Positions 40,580 to 52,573 of a stretch of DNA of 60,692 nucleotides are shown here, piece after piece (position 1 is the stretch's first letter; each line of letters begins with the position of its first letter). The translations under genes were made by a program, and so were the position numbers. Source of the stretch: a virus (taxonomy: Duplodnaviria; Heunggongvirae; Uroviricota; Caudoviricetes); the IMG/VR virus record IMGVR_UViG_3300029705_006930, one strand, 5' to 3'. Below the pieces are notes generated by a model that ran no database searches, was not told the origin of the DNA, and worked only from the letters and a program-made list of their open reading frames with translations.

Positions 40580-42142
40580 TTAAAAAATGTTGCCATATGG
40601 ATTTTCTGCAGCTTTAGGAGCAGAAATTACTGGCAACACAATTGATTTATTCTTTTCTTTTTTTGTAAATTTTGTATGCTGTTTGCCTCTAAGAGCAAAA
40701 CATTTTTCTTCAAGAGTTTCGGCAGGCATGTTAAATGTGCCATTTTTAAATTCTTCTACAAGCAGCTGGAATTCAGATACTTCTTTCAGGTCTTCAAAGT
40801 TTTCAAAAACTTCATTGATAGCAGTGTTATATTGCTGCTGTTCAATGTTTTCTTTGAATTCTGTAAGAGCCTGAACTTCTGCATTATCTGTAGAATGATT
40901 TTCTTTGTATTCATCAAATTCTTTAGTCATTGCTTCAAGTGTCGCATTGATAGTGTCAAGTTTAACAACTTCTTCACTAGTAAGATATTTCACAAATACT
41001 TTTTCTTTTGTGCCGTCCAATGTTGCTGTACCTTCAGATTCAATAAATGTATAAGCCCATCTGAAATTCTGAGATGACCATTCACCGTTATAAATTTCTT
41101 CAGATACATAAGCAAAATTATCATCGAAGTCAAGCAAGTAATATGAAATACGCTCAACAACGCAGCCATCATCATCACGTTTTACATAATTAGGCAATGC
41201 GCCTTGGATAGCTCTGCGCTTTGTTTCATATGTGGATGTGAATTCTTTTGTTGGTTCAACTACCACACCTTCAACTGCTACGCCATCATCTGTTTCTTCT
41301 ACAACAGTGCCTTCAACTGCACCTGCTTCAAAAGATTCTTCAATTACTGTTTCTACTTCAGCAGTTTCTGTTGTTACAGCGTCCACATGAGCAACGTCTG
41401 TAAATTCAGTAGTAACTGTAGCTACTGTTTCAATTCCGTCAGCTGCTCTGTCAAGTTCATTCACAACAGCGTCGTTTATAACTTTTGTGTCCAATTTCTC
41501 TAATCCTCCTTCTAAACTAAACTGTTTGAGGTCTTCAAGCATAAGAGAGAATTGCTTTGTATAATCACTAACTGCTTTATCTGTACCAATTTGCATACAA
41601 GCATCTTCAAAGCAAGGCTCAACTCCAATTGCACACAGGGCAGCAAATTCAAACTCATTAATCGTGCAGCTACCATCTTTTTCTACAGTATAGCTGTCAC
41701 CATCATAGAGATTGATTTCCATACTTTGCCCAACCTCTCCCTGTGATAAAATGTAGGAAGTAGCAGGAGCACGGTTCCATAACAGAACTTCTGTCATCAA
41801 ATATTCTGTACCATTAACATCCTCCCACCATTGTTTTGCACTCTCAGGCACTATGCCAAAAGGTGTCGTTGCATTTATAATCTGCATCTTACCCTCGGAA
41901 TCGGTGACAATCTTGAGGTCGTGTCCACCAAGAGTATTTGTCTCGATGCTATAATTCGCAACCAACGGTACATTTTTCAAAGAGGGGAGAGCTTTATTAA
42001 AAGTTTCCTTACTGATATTACTATTGTTTCTGTTGTGACCAGCATAGGCTATTGCACACTGACCATACTTAAATGTTTTGTTGACAGGTTTAACTTGAGA
42101 AAAATTCATCTGAAAATTGAGTCCCAATCTTCGTTTGTCCAT
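40580..42142 (-). CDS. Prohead protease/scaffold protein
   Basis: NRNNS, GGH, QSMEI and ALCAIG.VEPCF motifs with an acidic coiled-coil C-terminus. Confidence 0.75.
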   Translation of the reverse strand: MDKRRLGLNFQMNFSQVKPVNKTFKYGQCAIAYAGHNRNNSNISKETFNKALPSLKNVPLVANYSIETNTLGGHDLKIVTDSEGKMQIINATTPFGIVPESAKQWWEDVNGTEYLMTEVLLWNRAPATSYILSQGEVGQSMEINLYDGDSYTVEKDGSCTINEFEFAALCAIGVEPCFEDACMQIGTDKAVSDYTKQFSLMLEDLKQFSLEGGLEKLDTKVINDAVVNELDRAADGIETVATVTTEFTDVAHVDAVTTETAEVETVIEESFEAGAVEGTVVEETDDGVAVEGVVVEPTKEFTSTYETKRRAIQGALPNYVKRDDDGCVVERISYYLLDFDDNFAYVSEEIYNGEWSSQNFRWAYTFIESEGTATLDGTKEKVFVKYLTSEEVVKLDTINATLEAMTKEFDEYKENHSTDNAEVQALTEFKENIEQQQYNTAINEVFENFEDLKEVSEFQLLVEEFKNGTFNMPAETLEEKCFALRGKQHTKFTKKEKNKSIVLPVISAPKAAENPYGNIF

Positions 42143-42173
42143 TTTTTGTTGTCACCACCTTCCATTTTGAGAA

Positions 42174-42371
42174 TTAAAAGTCAATCCGTACTGAATCTGA
42201 TAAAATGCACTTATCTTTTAATACAGGATTGTTTATATCAAAAGAAAACTGTGATGCTTTTTTAAGGCACCACAGTGGTTTCTTTTCAATATCATAGGTG
42301 AGAGACACTAAAGTACAACCTGCTGACAAAAGCATATCTTTTGCTTTTTCATCAATTGTATATATAAACAT
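42174..42371 (-). CDS. Hypothetical protein
   Basis: 65-aa ORF between the portal and protease genes. Confidence 0.55.
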   Translation of the reverse strand: MFIYTIDEKAKDMLLSAGCTLVSLTYDIEKKPLWCLKKASQFSFDINNPVLKDKCILSDSVRIDF

Positions 42372-42389
42372 TATGCCCTCTTTTCTTTA

Positions 42390-43946
42390 TTATTGTTTTT
42401 CCTGAGTTTTTTCGCCCTCATCGGTGATTTCTCCGACTTCACCTACGGGACGACCAGCTTCACCTTCAGAATCTGTAGGAGAAGTGCTCATTGTGTTTGA
42501 ACTCTGCAAAGGTTTAAATCTGCCTACAAGCCCTAATACTTCATTTTCAAGATAGCTCAAACCTTCTGCATCATCTGGGTTTAAACCAACCGTTGCACAG
42601 TAGGCACTGATTGTTGGCATACCATATGTCGCAGCTTTAAGATATTGGTCAGCCATTTCTTTTCTGTTGAATGGGCTGCAGTCAATAAAGTTGATTTTAA
42701 AATCTTTGCCAAAACTTTGACTATGAAGCAAGCGGTTCAAAGCATCTTCGATACTTTTTACGATGCTAAAAGTAATTGCCTGGTCAGCTTTGATGGAAAG
42801 TGCCAGAGCATTTGCGGAAGCTTTATCATTATTAAACAGCAAACTGGAAACACCAGCTTCAGAAAATACAGTGCTTTCTGCCTCTGCAACTTTGTCAACA
42901 TCAGTGGCTCCGCTTTTATTGAAGTCAATCTTCTCAATTGGCATTGGTGTCAACACGCTGCCAATCTGTGATGGCAATACGCCACTAAGATTTGACCAAA
43001 ATTCTTTTGCCTTATTAAAGTCCATATCCCAATGGCCATCTGTCATACCAAGACGCATCACAAGCAAAGCATAGTTTTCAAGCTCTGTCTGGGTCAGTTT
43101 CAAGTCCTGATAATCTGCCAAATCATAAATGGAAGCCAACACTCCAGCCATAGGTGGTAATGGATAGTTTTTAATATCATCATTCACTTTGATAGCAAAA
43201 GAAGTAGGGGAGTCTAAATCCTGATAACGTAATTTTCTATCTCTTTTATATGCATTGTATTTTGTTGTAAATTCTGCAGGATATAGAGGCAAATATTTAG
43301 CATTACGGTCAAAATAAGAAAAGTCGAAGTTTACATTCGAAACATTCCCTTCGATGGACGCAATAGTACAATATTCACTTGGTAACTGTTGAATTGTAAC
43401 GGTATCGTTATATACCCAGCAGGTTGCATAATATACGTCTTCACGTAAGCATACTACAAGAATATCTCTGCCCTGAGTTTTAATATTCATTGAATCAACA
43501 AAGGAAATAGTTTTCAGCCAATTCTTTTTCATCTTATCTGGCTTTGTTTTTGTAGTATCAATATTATTTGTACTAATATAGTATGAGAGGTCGGTAAGGC
43601 CCGCAAAATACTGGATAATTCTCCAAAAACGAGAATATGCTCCATAAGCATAAATTACTGAATCTCTGATACTTACTTCATTCTGAAATGGGTCTTTCAG
43701 ATATTCTTTAATCTGTGCCTTTGTGTATTTATTAAAGGTTGGAGAGTTAGGATTGTTGTTCATATCTCTCAAGATTACACGGTTAAGTGTTTTTGCATAA
43801 TCTTGGCGTCGAGCAGTCCCACCTTTTACCTGTGAAAAATCTCTCTTATTAAAATTAAAATTCAAGCTTTCTTGTGCAGAAGCACTCAAATTTTTGCTTG
43901 AATTTTCTTCATCCATATTTATTTTTTTAGTTGCCAAAGGTATCAT
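42390..43946 (-). CDS. Portal protein
   Basis: 518 aa, directly after the terminase, with a C-terminal PLQSSNT...GRP motif. Confidence 0.8.
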   Translation of the reverse strand: MIPLATKKINMDEENSSKNLSASAQESLNFNFNKRDFSQVKGGTARRQDYAKTLNRVILRDMNNNPNSPTFNKYTKAQIKEYLKDPFQNEVSIRDSVIYAYGAYSRFWRIIQYFAGLTDLSYYISTNNIDTTKTKPDKMKKNWLKTISFVDSMNIKTQGRDILVVCLREDVYYATCWVYNDTVTIQQLPSEYCTIASIEGNVSNVNFDFSYFDRNAKYLPLYPAEFTTKYNAYKRDRKLRYQDLDSPTSFAIKVNDDIKNYPLPPMAGVLASIYDLADYQDLKLTQTELENYALLVMRLGMTDGHWDMDFNKAKEFWSNLSGVLPSQIGSVLTPMPIEKIDFNKSGATDVDKVAEAESTVFSEAGVSSLLFNNDKASANALALSIKADQAITFSIVKSIEDALNRLLHSQSFGKDFKINFIDCSPFNRKEMADQYLKAATYGMPTISAYCATVGLNPDDAEGLSYLENEVLGLVGRFKPLQSSNTMSTSPTDSEGEAGRPVGEVGEITDEGEKTQEKQ

Positions 43947-44497
43947 CTCCTTCCTCTAACATTTGGTGCCCTAAACAATAAGGTATTAAAATCAAAATTA
44001 TCCGTTTCATCTTCTTCGTTAAGCTGCAATTCAAGCTGGGTAATAAGCCAGTAATTGTACGCCAGACTAGAATATCTGTCTTTACGGAATCCTGCTTTTT
44101 CATAAACTCTTATCATATTGCTCTTAGGCTCATATTTTAGGTTGATAAGCTCATTTATCAACAAAGTTGTATTCATATATGGCATCTTCAACATAAGCTG
44201 TGATGACATATCTAAGTTTTTATAACCCTTAATATCTTCTAAAATGTTTTCCTCCGCATCATCATCATTGATTAAAAGACGAATTTTACCTTGTTTAAAA
44301 CTTTCACGGAGTAACAATGCACACTCGGAGTTAAACTTATCAGTTGCTTTCACACTATAAATAACCTTTGGCGCATTTTTCACTTTGCAACGCGCAGCCA
44401 TTTCATCATTATTTATACAGGAAATAGCAGGGTAGAGAATACTCATTTCAGGGTCATAGATATCACGAATTAACTGGTCATAAACACCAAGACCATT
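43943..44497 (-). CDS. terL: Terminase large subunit, exon 3 (nuclease C-terminus)
   Basis: DTAG|NGLGVYD junction and RKDRYSSLAY motif. Confidence 0.85.
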   Translation of the reverse strand, partial: NGLGVYDQLIRDIYDPEMSILYPAISCINNDEMAARCKVKNAPKVIYSVKATDKFNSECALLLRESFKQGKIRLLINDDDAEENILEDIKGYKNLDMSSQLMLKMPYMNTTLLINELINLKYEPKSNMIRVYEKAGFRKDRYSSLAYNYWLITQLELQLNEEDETDNFDFNTLLFRAPNVRGRR

Positions 44498-44733
44498 CAA
44501 TTTTGTTATCCTATAAGTTTTTTATCTTACAGTTCTGATGATTGTTCTTCTCATCAGTTCAGCATATTTTTTTATCTATATAAGATAGGGCGGCCTCGTG
44601 GAAATATTATTTCAATTTCTATGCGTTGCCCCTGACTACGTAGTAGCCTTCGGTTCAGGTTAGCATTTCAGCCTTCCTGCTTAATTCCGCCCAGTTCACC
44701 CAAATGTCACCATCTGGGGCGGCAATTTAATTT
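44498..44733 (-). mobile_element. ORF-less group I intron (236 nt) in the terminase gene
   Basis: P1 CGGT|...GCCG; P7 GCATA/TATGC; terminal G at 44498. Removal is in frame. Confidence 0.85.
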
Positions 44734-45466
44734 ACCGGCTGTGTCTTGAATCAACCAGTCACAGTCAAATTCGTGAAAATATCGACGTGCAACCAACGCC
44801 AATTCATCCGTTGTAACATCTTCAACGTTTTCTGTATAAATTACATTTGTAATGTAACGTTTTGATGTATTTGGAATCAGTTGTGTTATAAAAATCGAAG
44901 ATGCGTCATTGTCACGCTTTTTTGAACTCATCAAAGCAACGTCAAGACTTAAAATACGTACCTCTCCAGGTTGCTTAGGAGGTATCTTCAATTTCTTATC
45001 TGAAAGTAAATTGGCAATTTTAGAGGGATAATAGGCCCTTTCCAATTTACGTAATTTAGAAATATTATTATATTCAAACAAAGCACCATCAGCGGAACCT
45101 TGCCATAAACATTCCATTTCCATAGAATGCGTCAGTTCATTAAAGTCACTTTCAGACATTTCATCCGCTAACTGGTCAGCGTCTAACAATCCAGACATAA
45201 TAGAAAGTTGATATGGCAATCCACAAAGAAAATATCTTTTTGTTGTGTCCAAAAAGTTGTTAGCATAGGATAGCATTTTTGCATATGACCAATGTGCAAC
45301 AAACCAAGCAGAACTAAGATAAAATTCTTTGTTACGCTCAATATATTTCTTTTTGTTTTCTTTATATTTTGGTTTATCCATAAATTTTGGCTGTCTTGGT
45401 GTTGACAGGAATTTTTTCAAAACCATATTGATAATACTGAGGTCGAGCATACGAAATTCATCATAT
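44734..45466 (-). CDS. terL: Terminase large subunit, exon 2
   Basis: Walker B ILI|YDEF restored by splicing; YLSSAW; LSLDVA nuclease motif. Confidence 0.85.
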
Positions 45467-46513
45467 CGTGTGTTATCCTGTAGGTTTTTTATCCTACAGT
45501 TCTTATGGTTTCCCATAAGTCCAGCATATATTTTCACCCTCGTTTAACGTTAGGTTTGCAAGATACTACTTCTTGCTCATACTGTCCTATAGACAATAGT
45601 GCCGAACACTCGTGGTGGAATTATTCTTTCGTCATCCACTATGCGTTACAATGACAATGCCTCATTACTTGCATTGTTTATCTCGGTATCAGCATATAAT
45701 TCTTTATCTAATATTTTTTCAAAATTTTGTGCCTCAAAATAAGGCAAACGAATTAATTTAATATTATGTTCTTGACAATACCTAGTCTTAATATCATCGC
45801 GGCGTGTAATACTTTCAAGACTAGAATGTGGATTAGCATGTTCAAATTTATTGGCCATATAATGAAATTGGCCGTCAACTTCAATGCAGATGTTTTTATC
45901 CTCAATATAATAATCAAACGGTAATACTCTAATATGCATACAATCATCAAAACGTTTTTCTTTAACATATTTGATGTTATTTTTTGCAAAATATGTTTCA
46001 ACAATATTCATATAACTTGATTGTCGAAGACTACATCTGGGACATCCTTTGCCTCTTAATAAATTATCAGGAGAAATATCATATACATGTCCACAAGCAA
46101 GACGTCTTACAGTCAAAGGCTGTCTTGCCTTAACATATTCGCCCAAGATTTCATATGTATTGGGATATTTTATGTCTACTTCATGTTGTAATGTTTGTTT
46201 TGTTTTGAAGTGATTTTTCCCAGAACAAATATAACATCCTTCTTTAGTTTTTCCTGTCATTTTTGCAGGACTTTTAAAAATTATATGACCACAATGCTTA
46301 CATAACAATTTAACTTTTGTCTCGTTATTAACATATTCAGACAATACATCAAATTGATTATTAAATAATTCATTCAACAAATTTTGAAAGTCGGAGGTAG
46401 TACGTTTTTTACTCATAAAATACCTCCGATATTAAATTTTTTCTATTACTTAGCTTTCACCGATTTTGCTCGGTTTCAACTGTATATTTCTATACAGCCA
46501 GACAATTTTATTT
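45467..46513 (-). mobile_element. Group I intron inserted in the terminase Walker B motif
   Basis: Exon ends CTGAT; P7 GCATA/TATGC; terminal G at 45467. Splicing gives RANILIYDEFRML. Confidence 0.85.
45646..46416 (-). CDS. Intron-encoded homing endonuclease (zinc-ribbon repeats plus Vsr-like/PD-(D/E)XK domain)
   Basis: CxxC repeats and FDYYI...IEVDGQFH...DDIK..YC...IKLIRLPY. Confidence 0.8.
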   Translation of the reverse strand: MSKKRTTSDFQNLLNELFNNQFDVLSEYVNNETKVKLLCKHCGHIIFKSPAKMTGKTKEGCYICSGKNHFKTKQTLQHEVDIKYPNTYEILGEYVKARQPLTVRRLACGHVYDISPDNLLRGKGCPRCSLRQSSYMNIVETYFAKNNIKYVKEKRFDDCMHIRVLPFDYYIEDKNICIEVDGQFHYMANKFEHANPHSSLESITRRDDIKTRYCQEHNIKLIRLPYFEAQNFEKILDKELYADTEINNASNEALSL

Positions 46514-47001
46514 ATCAGTATGTTAGCTCTCATAAATCGAGAGTTATCGTTTGCTGTCGCAACTTTCATAATTGAACCGTTGCGAAACTCAATATAAGCG
46601 TCGGATTGATTAACGACAACTGTTTTAATTTCATTTCTTAAATTTGCCGATTTCGGCATCAAAAGTTCAGTTACCTTTTCAAGAACACCTATGGCCTGTT
46701 TTCGTGTTTTGGAGGTAACAACAATAATAGTACCCGGATATAAAATACACCGTATAACACAGAATACTGCAATCAAAAAAGACTTGCCAAGGCCGCGAGC
46801 AGCAATGAACATGAAGTTTGTACTTATATTCATCATCACAATAAGTATTTTTTGAAACAGATGTAAATTTATATCCAGATACTCTTTTGCACAGCGATGA
46901 GGATTTGCACGATAATATGCTGTCATTCGCGCAACAGCATTCATTATCTTTGCTGATTTCTCTTGAGCAACTTCAATATCTGTTTTCACATTATCAGACA
47001 T
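46514..47001 (-). CDS. terL: Terminase large subunit, exon 1 (ATPase N-terminus)
   Basis: LHLFQ and Walker A ARGLGKS. Spliced product is about 591 aa. Confidence 0.85.
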
Positions 47002-48025
47002 TGGAATCACCATCCTCGTCAGACATAGCAGCTTTTAATATATTAGCAATTTCAGCGTTTTCCTCGTCTTCACCATCTGCAAAAGTATTACGACGCTCAA
47101 CAGAATACTTAGCCTTTTCACGTTCATATTCTTCAGCAGCATCATTTTTAATACCAAGCATTTTACATAAATGGCCTTGGAACCATACTGTGATAAAGCG
47201 TTTAATTCCGTCTACATCTTCAAAATCTGGGTCGGGCTCTGGTATTGGGTCTTCATTTTCCCATTTTTCAATGAGAGTGCCCAAGGTATTGGCTTCAACC
47301 ATAGCATTATTACGTGCCTGTTTAGGCTGTAAGTTTGCAGTACCCAAAGTATCCTGAAAACTTTTTGTTGCACTATCCAAACCTTTCTGGTCATTGGCTG
47401 CGGCTGCTTTACGTATTCTTAATTTTAAAATACTCAATATCTGGAACAGTTCTTCCTGTGCCTTTGTAGAACACTCATAACGGGTAACCCAATCCTTATA
47501 TTCCTTTTGTAAAAACTGATATTCAGACTGAGTATAACCAGGCCCAAACACATCTACCGTTTTTTCAGCTAATACTTTTTTATCTTCATTTACTTTATCA
47601 AGGTCAGCCTTGGTATGTATAAGTAAATCTTCAGCCCTCAAACTGTCATCGAATGTTTTGCCTTTATTCTGTACACGATTAACAGCTGTCATATAACTGC
47701 TAAACAATGAACCCGTCGCTACACTTGTTTTATTGGCAGAGTCAATCAATGTGTCGTCATAATACAGGTCAAGCCTCATGCACATTCTGCGCATTGCTTT
47801 TAACTCATTGCCATATTCCAAATAATAGTCTTTAAACATTTCCTTGCAACAAGTTTTGCACAGTGTCATATAATGGTCATTACCGTCATATGTGCGACTG
47901 TTAGAGAAATAAAAATATTTCTGAGGGTCACCTGATGTCTCCAATCCACAACGACTACATTTATAGTTTTTTGGAACTGGAGCAGGAGGGAGAACAGGTT
48001 TTGTAATTTTCTTTTTTGTAGCCAT
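46994..48025 (-). CDS. Putative terminase small subunit (zinc finger)
   Basis: CSRC...CKTC motif; overlaps the terL start. Confidence 0.6.
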   Translation of the reverse strand: MATKKKITKPVLPPAPVPKNYKCSRCGLETSGDPQKYFYFSNSRTYDGNDHYMTLCKTCCKEMFKDYYLEYGNELKAMRRMCMRLDLYYDDTLIDSANKTSVATGSLFSSYMTAVNRVQNKGKTFDDSLRAEDLLIHTKADLDKVNEDKKVLAEKTVDVFGPGYTQSEYQFLQKEYKDWVTRYECSTKAQEELFQILSILKLRIRKAAAANDQKGLDSATKSFQDTLGTANLQPKQARNNAMVEANTLGTLIEKWENEDPIPEPDPDFEDVDGIKRFITVWFQGHLCKMLGIKNDAAEEYEREKAKYSVERRNTFADGEDEENAEIANILKAAMSDEDGDSNV

Positions 48026-48039
48026 GCTCCACCTCCTCT

Positions 48040-49209
48040 TTATCTAAATCTGATATCGTATGTACAAACCAAACCGTTTTTGTCGCAGATTGCAACTGTC
48101 TGTTCCGGCTTATTCATTAAACGATTGTCAACTGCAAAATTATCCACACCAGACAAACAACCGGACTCAATCACTTTGGTGTCATACACAGTTGTCAAGG
48201 CATTTGTATGTCTATGACCTGCAAACACATAGGCAGGCTGTTTTCCAGTTACAAGTGTAAGTTTCTGAACAACAGTTTGTGGATTGTCTTTATCGCCGTG
48301 TACTGCATATGCCAATTTATCTTTCACATAGAATTTGCCAATACTTTCGTCAATCTCATTTTTAACAAATTCTACATGTGAGCAATTCTGTAATTTTGCT
48401 TTACAATAAAAGGGAATAAGTTCATCAAAATTTTCACCTTTTACGTGAGCATCTTTATTGGCTGTTGCACGACTGTGATTGCCTGCAACATTAATAACTT
48501 TTACTTTGCCAAAACATTTTGCAATTTCTGCGATAAACTCTGAAATAGTTTCTGATACCGAAATAATCTGTTCAACTACATTTTCACGATTCTCAACTCT
48601 GAGATTAAAATGTATGTTGCCACTGACTAGGTCACCACCACAAACTACATAGCAAGTTTCACACTTGTGTCGTTCAGCAATCTGTTTCACTTTTGCAGCA
48701 TATTCGCGCAGTCTCTCGCGCATAACACGAGCATTATATTCATTCCAGTAATTATTAATCCAAATACCAGCATGAATATCTGTCAGGTGCACAACCATGT
48801 CACAACCATTTTCGGTTAATGTTACTTCTGGCACCTCAATTTTTTCATAAGCTTCAAGTTTATATTTGAAAATATCTTTAAGACTTTCTTTACGTGCCGC
48901 GCTTGCAACAGCACGCTTATAAGCTGCGCGCTCGTCACGAATTTTGACCATATCTTTTTCAAGAAGCTGACGCTGTTCTTTAATTTCAGCCAACAGTTTC
49001 TGGTCATCAGTAAGCTTGTCCATATGGACGTCATATACTCTTTTAAAAGACTGATACATTTTGCGATATGCGCTTGAAGTTCGGTTATAGCCAAGAGTTT
49101 CATTGATTATAACTTTGACATCTTCCCAAGAACCAATACTATCTTTGGCATCACATACTCTGAAAATGTACGCAATCTCGTTTTCATTTTCATATCTTTT
49201 AAAATTCAT
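48040..49209 (-). CDS. Metallophosphoesterase (YonJ/DNA pol II small subunit-like)
   Basis: TDIH, GGDLVSG, GNHSR, HGD and GHRH motifs. Likely start MNFKRY at 49209. Confidence 0.8.
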   Translation of the reverse strand: MNFKRYENENEIAYIFRVCDAKDSIGSWEDVKVIINETLGYNRTSSAYRKMYQSFKRVYDVHMDKLTDDQKLLAEIKEQRQLLEKDMVKIRDERAAYKRAVASAARKESLKDIFKYKLEAYEKIEVPEVTLTENGCDMVVHLTDIHAGIWINNYWNEYNARVMRERLREYAAKVKQIAERHKCETCYVVCGGDLVSGNIHFNLRVENRENVVEQIISVSETISEFIAEIAKCFGKVKVINVAGNHSRATANKDAHVKGENFDELIPFYCKAKLQNCSHVEFVKNEIDESIGKFYVKDKLAYAVHGDKDNPQTVVQKLTLVTGKQPAYVFAGHRHTNALTTVYDTKVIESGCLSGVDNFAVDNRLMNKPEQTVAICDKNGLVCTYDIRFR

Positions 49210-49219
49210 TTTCTTCCTT

Positions 49220-50320
49220 TTATTTACTCCATTTAATATCAAAAAAATCTTTTGCAATCTGTGGATATTTGCATTCAAAATCAGTCATATATCTCATTTG
49301 ACTTTTTCGCCCTAAACTTCCACAATATAAACAATATTCGCGAAAAGACATTTTTTTAAAAAAGCTTGGCTGATTACACCAAGCGGCAATTGTGTCATAC
49401 AGCCCTCTGTATGGAGATTGCTTATAATCTGCATATCTCATAACATATGGCAATGAATGATATGTCATTAAAAGCCGAATACGCTTAAAAAGGTCTATAA
49501 TATCTTGGCACCAAAATAATTCATCATAATTTCCTGGACAAGAATGGTTATATCCACAAAAACAATAAAATTTTGGAACTTTATCTGTATAATTACGTAA
49601 TAAGCGTAATTTAGATTCTATAATTGAGGCGTCTGCTAAATTATCAAATGCAAATATATAATCACCTATCCAATTTGAACTAAATAAGACTTTGCACTTT
49701 TCTTCATTCAACAAACGTTCATCAAGTCCTTGCTTAAATTGAAATTTTTTACCTGTCATATTCAATTCATCAAAAATATCTGACCATTTTTTGCATGCCA
49801 AAACATTATCATCTAATAAACAAATATAGGGACGGTAAATATCTAAAAATTCTTTTACATGACTATGTATAAGACATTCTTTATAATTTTGATTGACACA
49901 AAAAGAACATTGTCGAATACACCCGCGGCTCATAAATCCAATTGAATATTTTGTATAATATTGAAACTCTTTAGCTGGTATTCCTAATTGTATTTTCTGA
50001 TTTACCCATTCATCATAAAGATGATAATCTGGGAAAGCATGCTCAATCTCAAAAGCAAGAGGAGGGGCTTTATCATAAAAAAATCCGGTTCCTCCATATA
50101 TCACTTTTGTATTATTTACAATAACATCAGGTACATCCGTATCGGTAAATACTTTCGATAAAAATATTAGTTCAAATCCGTCGATACTTTTCTCATCTAA
50201 AATGAGCTGAACTTCATGGCCATAATGTTTATAATATGAAGAAATTTTCATACATGCCAAATTAGGAAAACGATGTTTTTTGCGCCATAATAAATCAGCA
50301 TCAATAATACCTATCTTCAT
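49220..50320 (-). CDS. Radical SAM (Fe-S) protein, probably for DNA/base modification
   Basis: CIRQCSFC (CxxxCxxC) and N-terminal IDAD...FPNLACMKIS. Co-transcribed with the methyltransferase. Confidence 0.75.
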   Translation of the reverse strand: MKIGIIDADLLWRKKHRFPNLACMKISSYYKHYGHEVQLILDEKSIDGFELIFLSKVFTDTDVPDVIVNNTKVIYGGTGFFYDKAPPLAFEIEHAFPDYHLYDEWVNQKIQLGIPAKEFQYYTKYSIGFMSRGCIRQCSFCVNQNYKECLIHSHVKEFLDIYRPYICLLDDNVLACKKWSDIFDELNMTGKKFQFKQGLDERLLNEEKCKVLFSSNWIGDYIFAFDNLADASIIESKLRLLRNYTDKVPKFYCFCGYNHSCPGNYDELFWCQDIIDLFKRIRLLMTYHSLPYVMRYADYKQSPYRGLYDTIAAWCNQPSFFKKMSFREYCLYCGSLGRKSQMRYMTDFECKYPQIAKDFFDIKWSK

Positions 50321-50353
50321 TTTCTTCCTTTTATCTAACAAAAATAGCAGAGG

Positions 50354-51491
50354 TTATTCCTCTGCAAACATATACTTCATTAAATGCATAATTACAGGTA
50401 CACACCAGCCGTTGCCAATTTGCTGATATGCTCTGGTATCACTGACTGGGAATTCATACCAGTCGGGAATGCCTTGTAGTTTTTTGCATTCATTGACTGT
50501 TAATTTTCTTATAATATAAAAACCGTCAGATAACTTAATGTCATACTGACGGCCTTTAATATCTATCTTATTATTTTTTACTTCATATACTGGGTATTCT
50601 TTACCATCTGCTGCACTTATTGCAGTTATCGGAATATCACCATCAAACTGGACAGGAATTGCATATAAGCCAGTCTTGCCACCAGCTCCACCAGCGTTAC
50701 CTTTTAATGTAACTGATTTTCCGTTGATGTCATAAATGCGAAGTCCCTGGCTTGTTGATAATTCACCATTGGGGCGCGGTAATGCTCCAACTTGGCGGCA
50801 TCCCACATATTCAGCAACACCGCTTGCGCCATAAGAACTATTCCAGCCACCAAGCATATTAGATGGTGAAGTCTTAGAATATTGAGCTTTTATAGTTAAG
50901 CTTTTCCCATCAGGACGAGCGTTGATTGGCTCACAACAAATATCAAGAATATCTTTAAGTAAAATGCCCATATTTTCAGGCTGTGGTATTACGATTTTCT
51001 TATAAGTACCATCCGCCTGTCTTATGCCACACCAGTATACGCGTTTGCGTGATTGAGCTGTCAATAAAGCAGCATCTACCATGACAGGCTCAAAACCAAA
51101 TTCATCTGAGATAGCTTTTTTAATAGTAGGGGACATACTATCATTGTTTTCATATAAAAAGTATTTTGGTTTGGCTTCTTTCAGACCCCTTGCATACTGC
51201 GAAAACAAATCCCATCCCATTCCATTTGCTTCGGTTTCGCGACCTTTTGTTTTGGCGGACGACCAAAATACACACGGCGAACCACCAGCAAGCAAATCAA
51301 TTCCTTCATACGCTGTAAAATCAGCAGTAAAAACATCGCCACAGTGCTCTATCATAGGAATGTTATGTGTGGAGGATTGTATAGCATACTTATCAATCTC
51401 ATACGCTACATAACGGTCTACTGTTTGCCCCCCCCTCCGTGAGGGCAATATAGGCACAACCCATACCGTCAAACAAACTTAAAACGTTCAA
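50354..51491 (-). CDS. C5 cytosine DNA methyltransferase, frameshifted at a G8 tract (phase-variable, OFF as sequenced)
   Basis: The TTG at 51491 gives MNVLSLFDGMGC (motif I) but stops after G8. GGSPC, YENN, QSRKR and IGNGW lie in the next frame. G7 fuses the two parts. Confidence 0.85.
51428..51435 (-). repeat. G8 homopolymer (contingency tract)
   Basis: C8 on the plus strand, at the frame junction of the methyltransferase. Confidence 0.85.
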
Positions 51492-51497
51492 ATCCTT

Positions 51498-52572
<1,075 letters not shown>

Positions 52573-52573
<1 letters not shown>

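Noticed and set aside
49351..49363. T6A7 slippery run in the radical SAM gene
   Set aside because: The gene is in frame (SFFKKM), such runs are common in AT-rich DNA, and no alternative-frame product is evident.
50354..51472. ORF-track start of the methyltransferase (MTVWVV...)
   Set aside because: It lacks motif I. The real N-terminus is in another frame starting at 51491.
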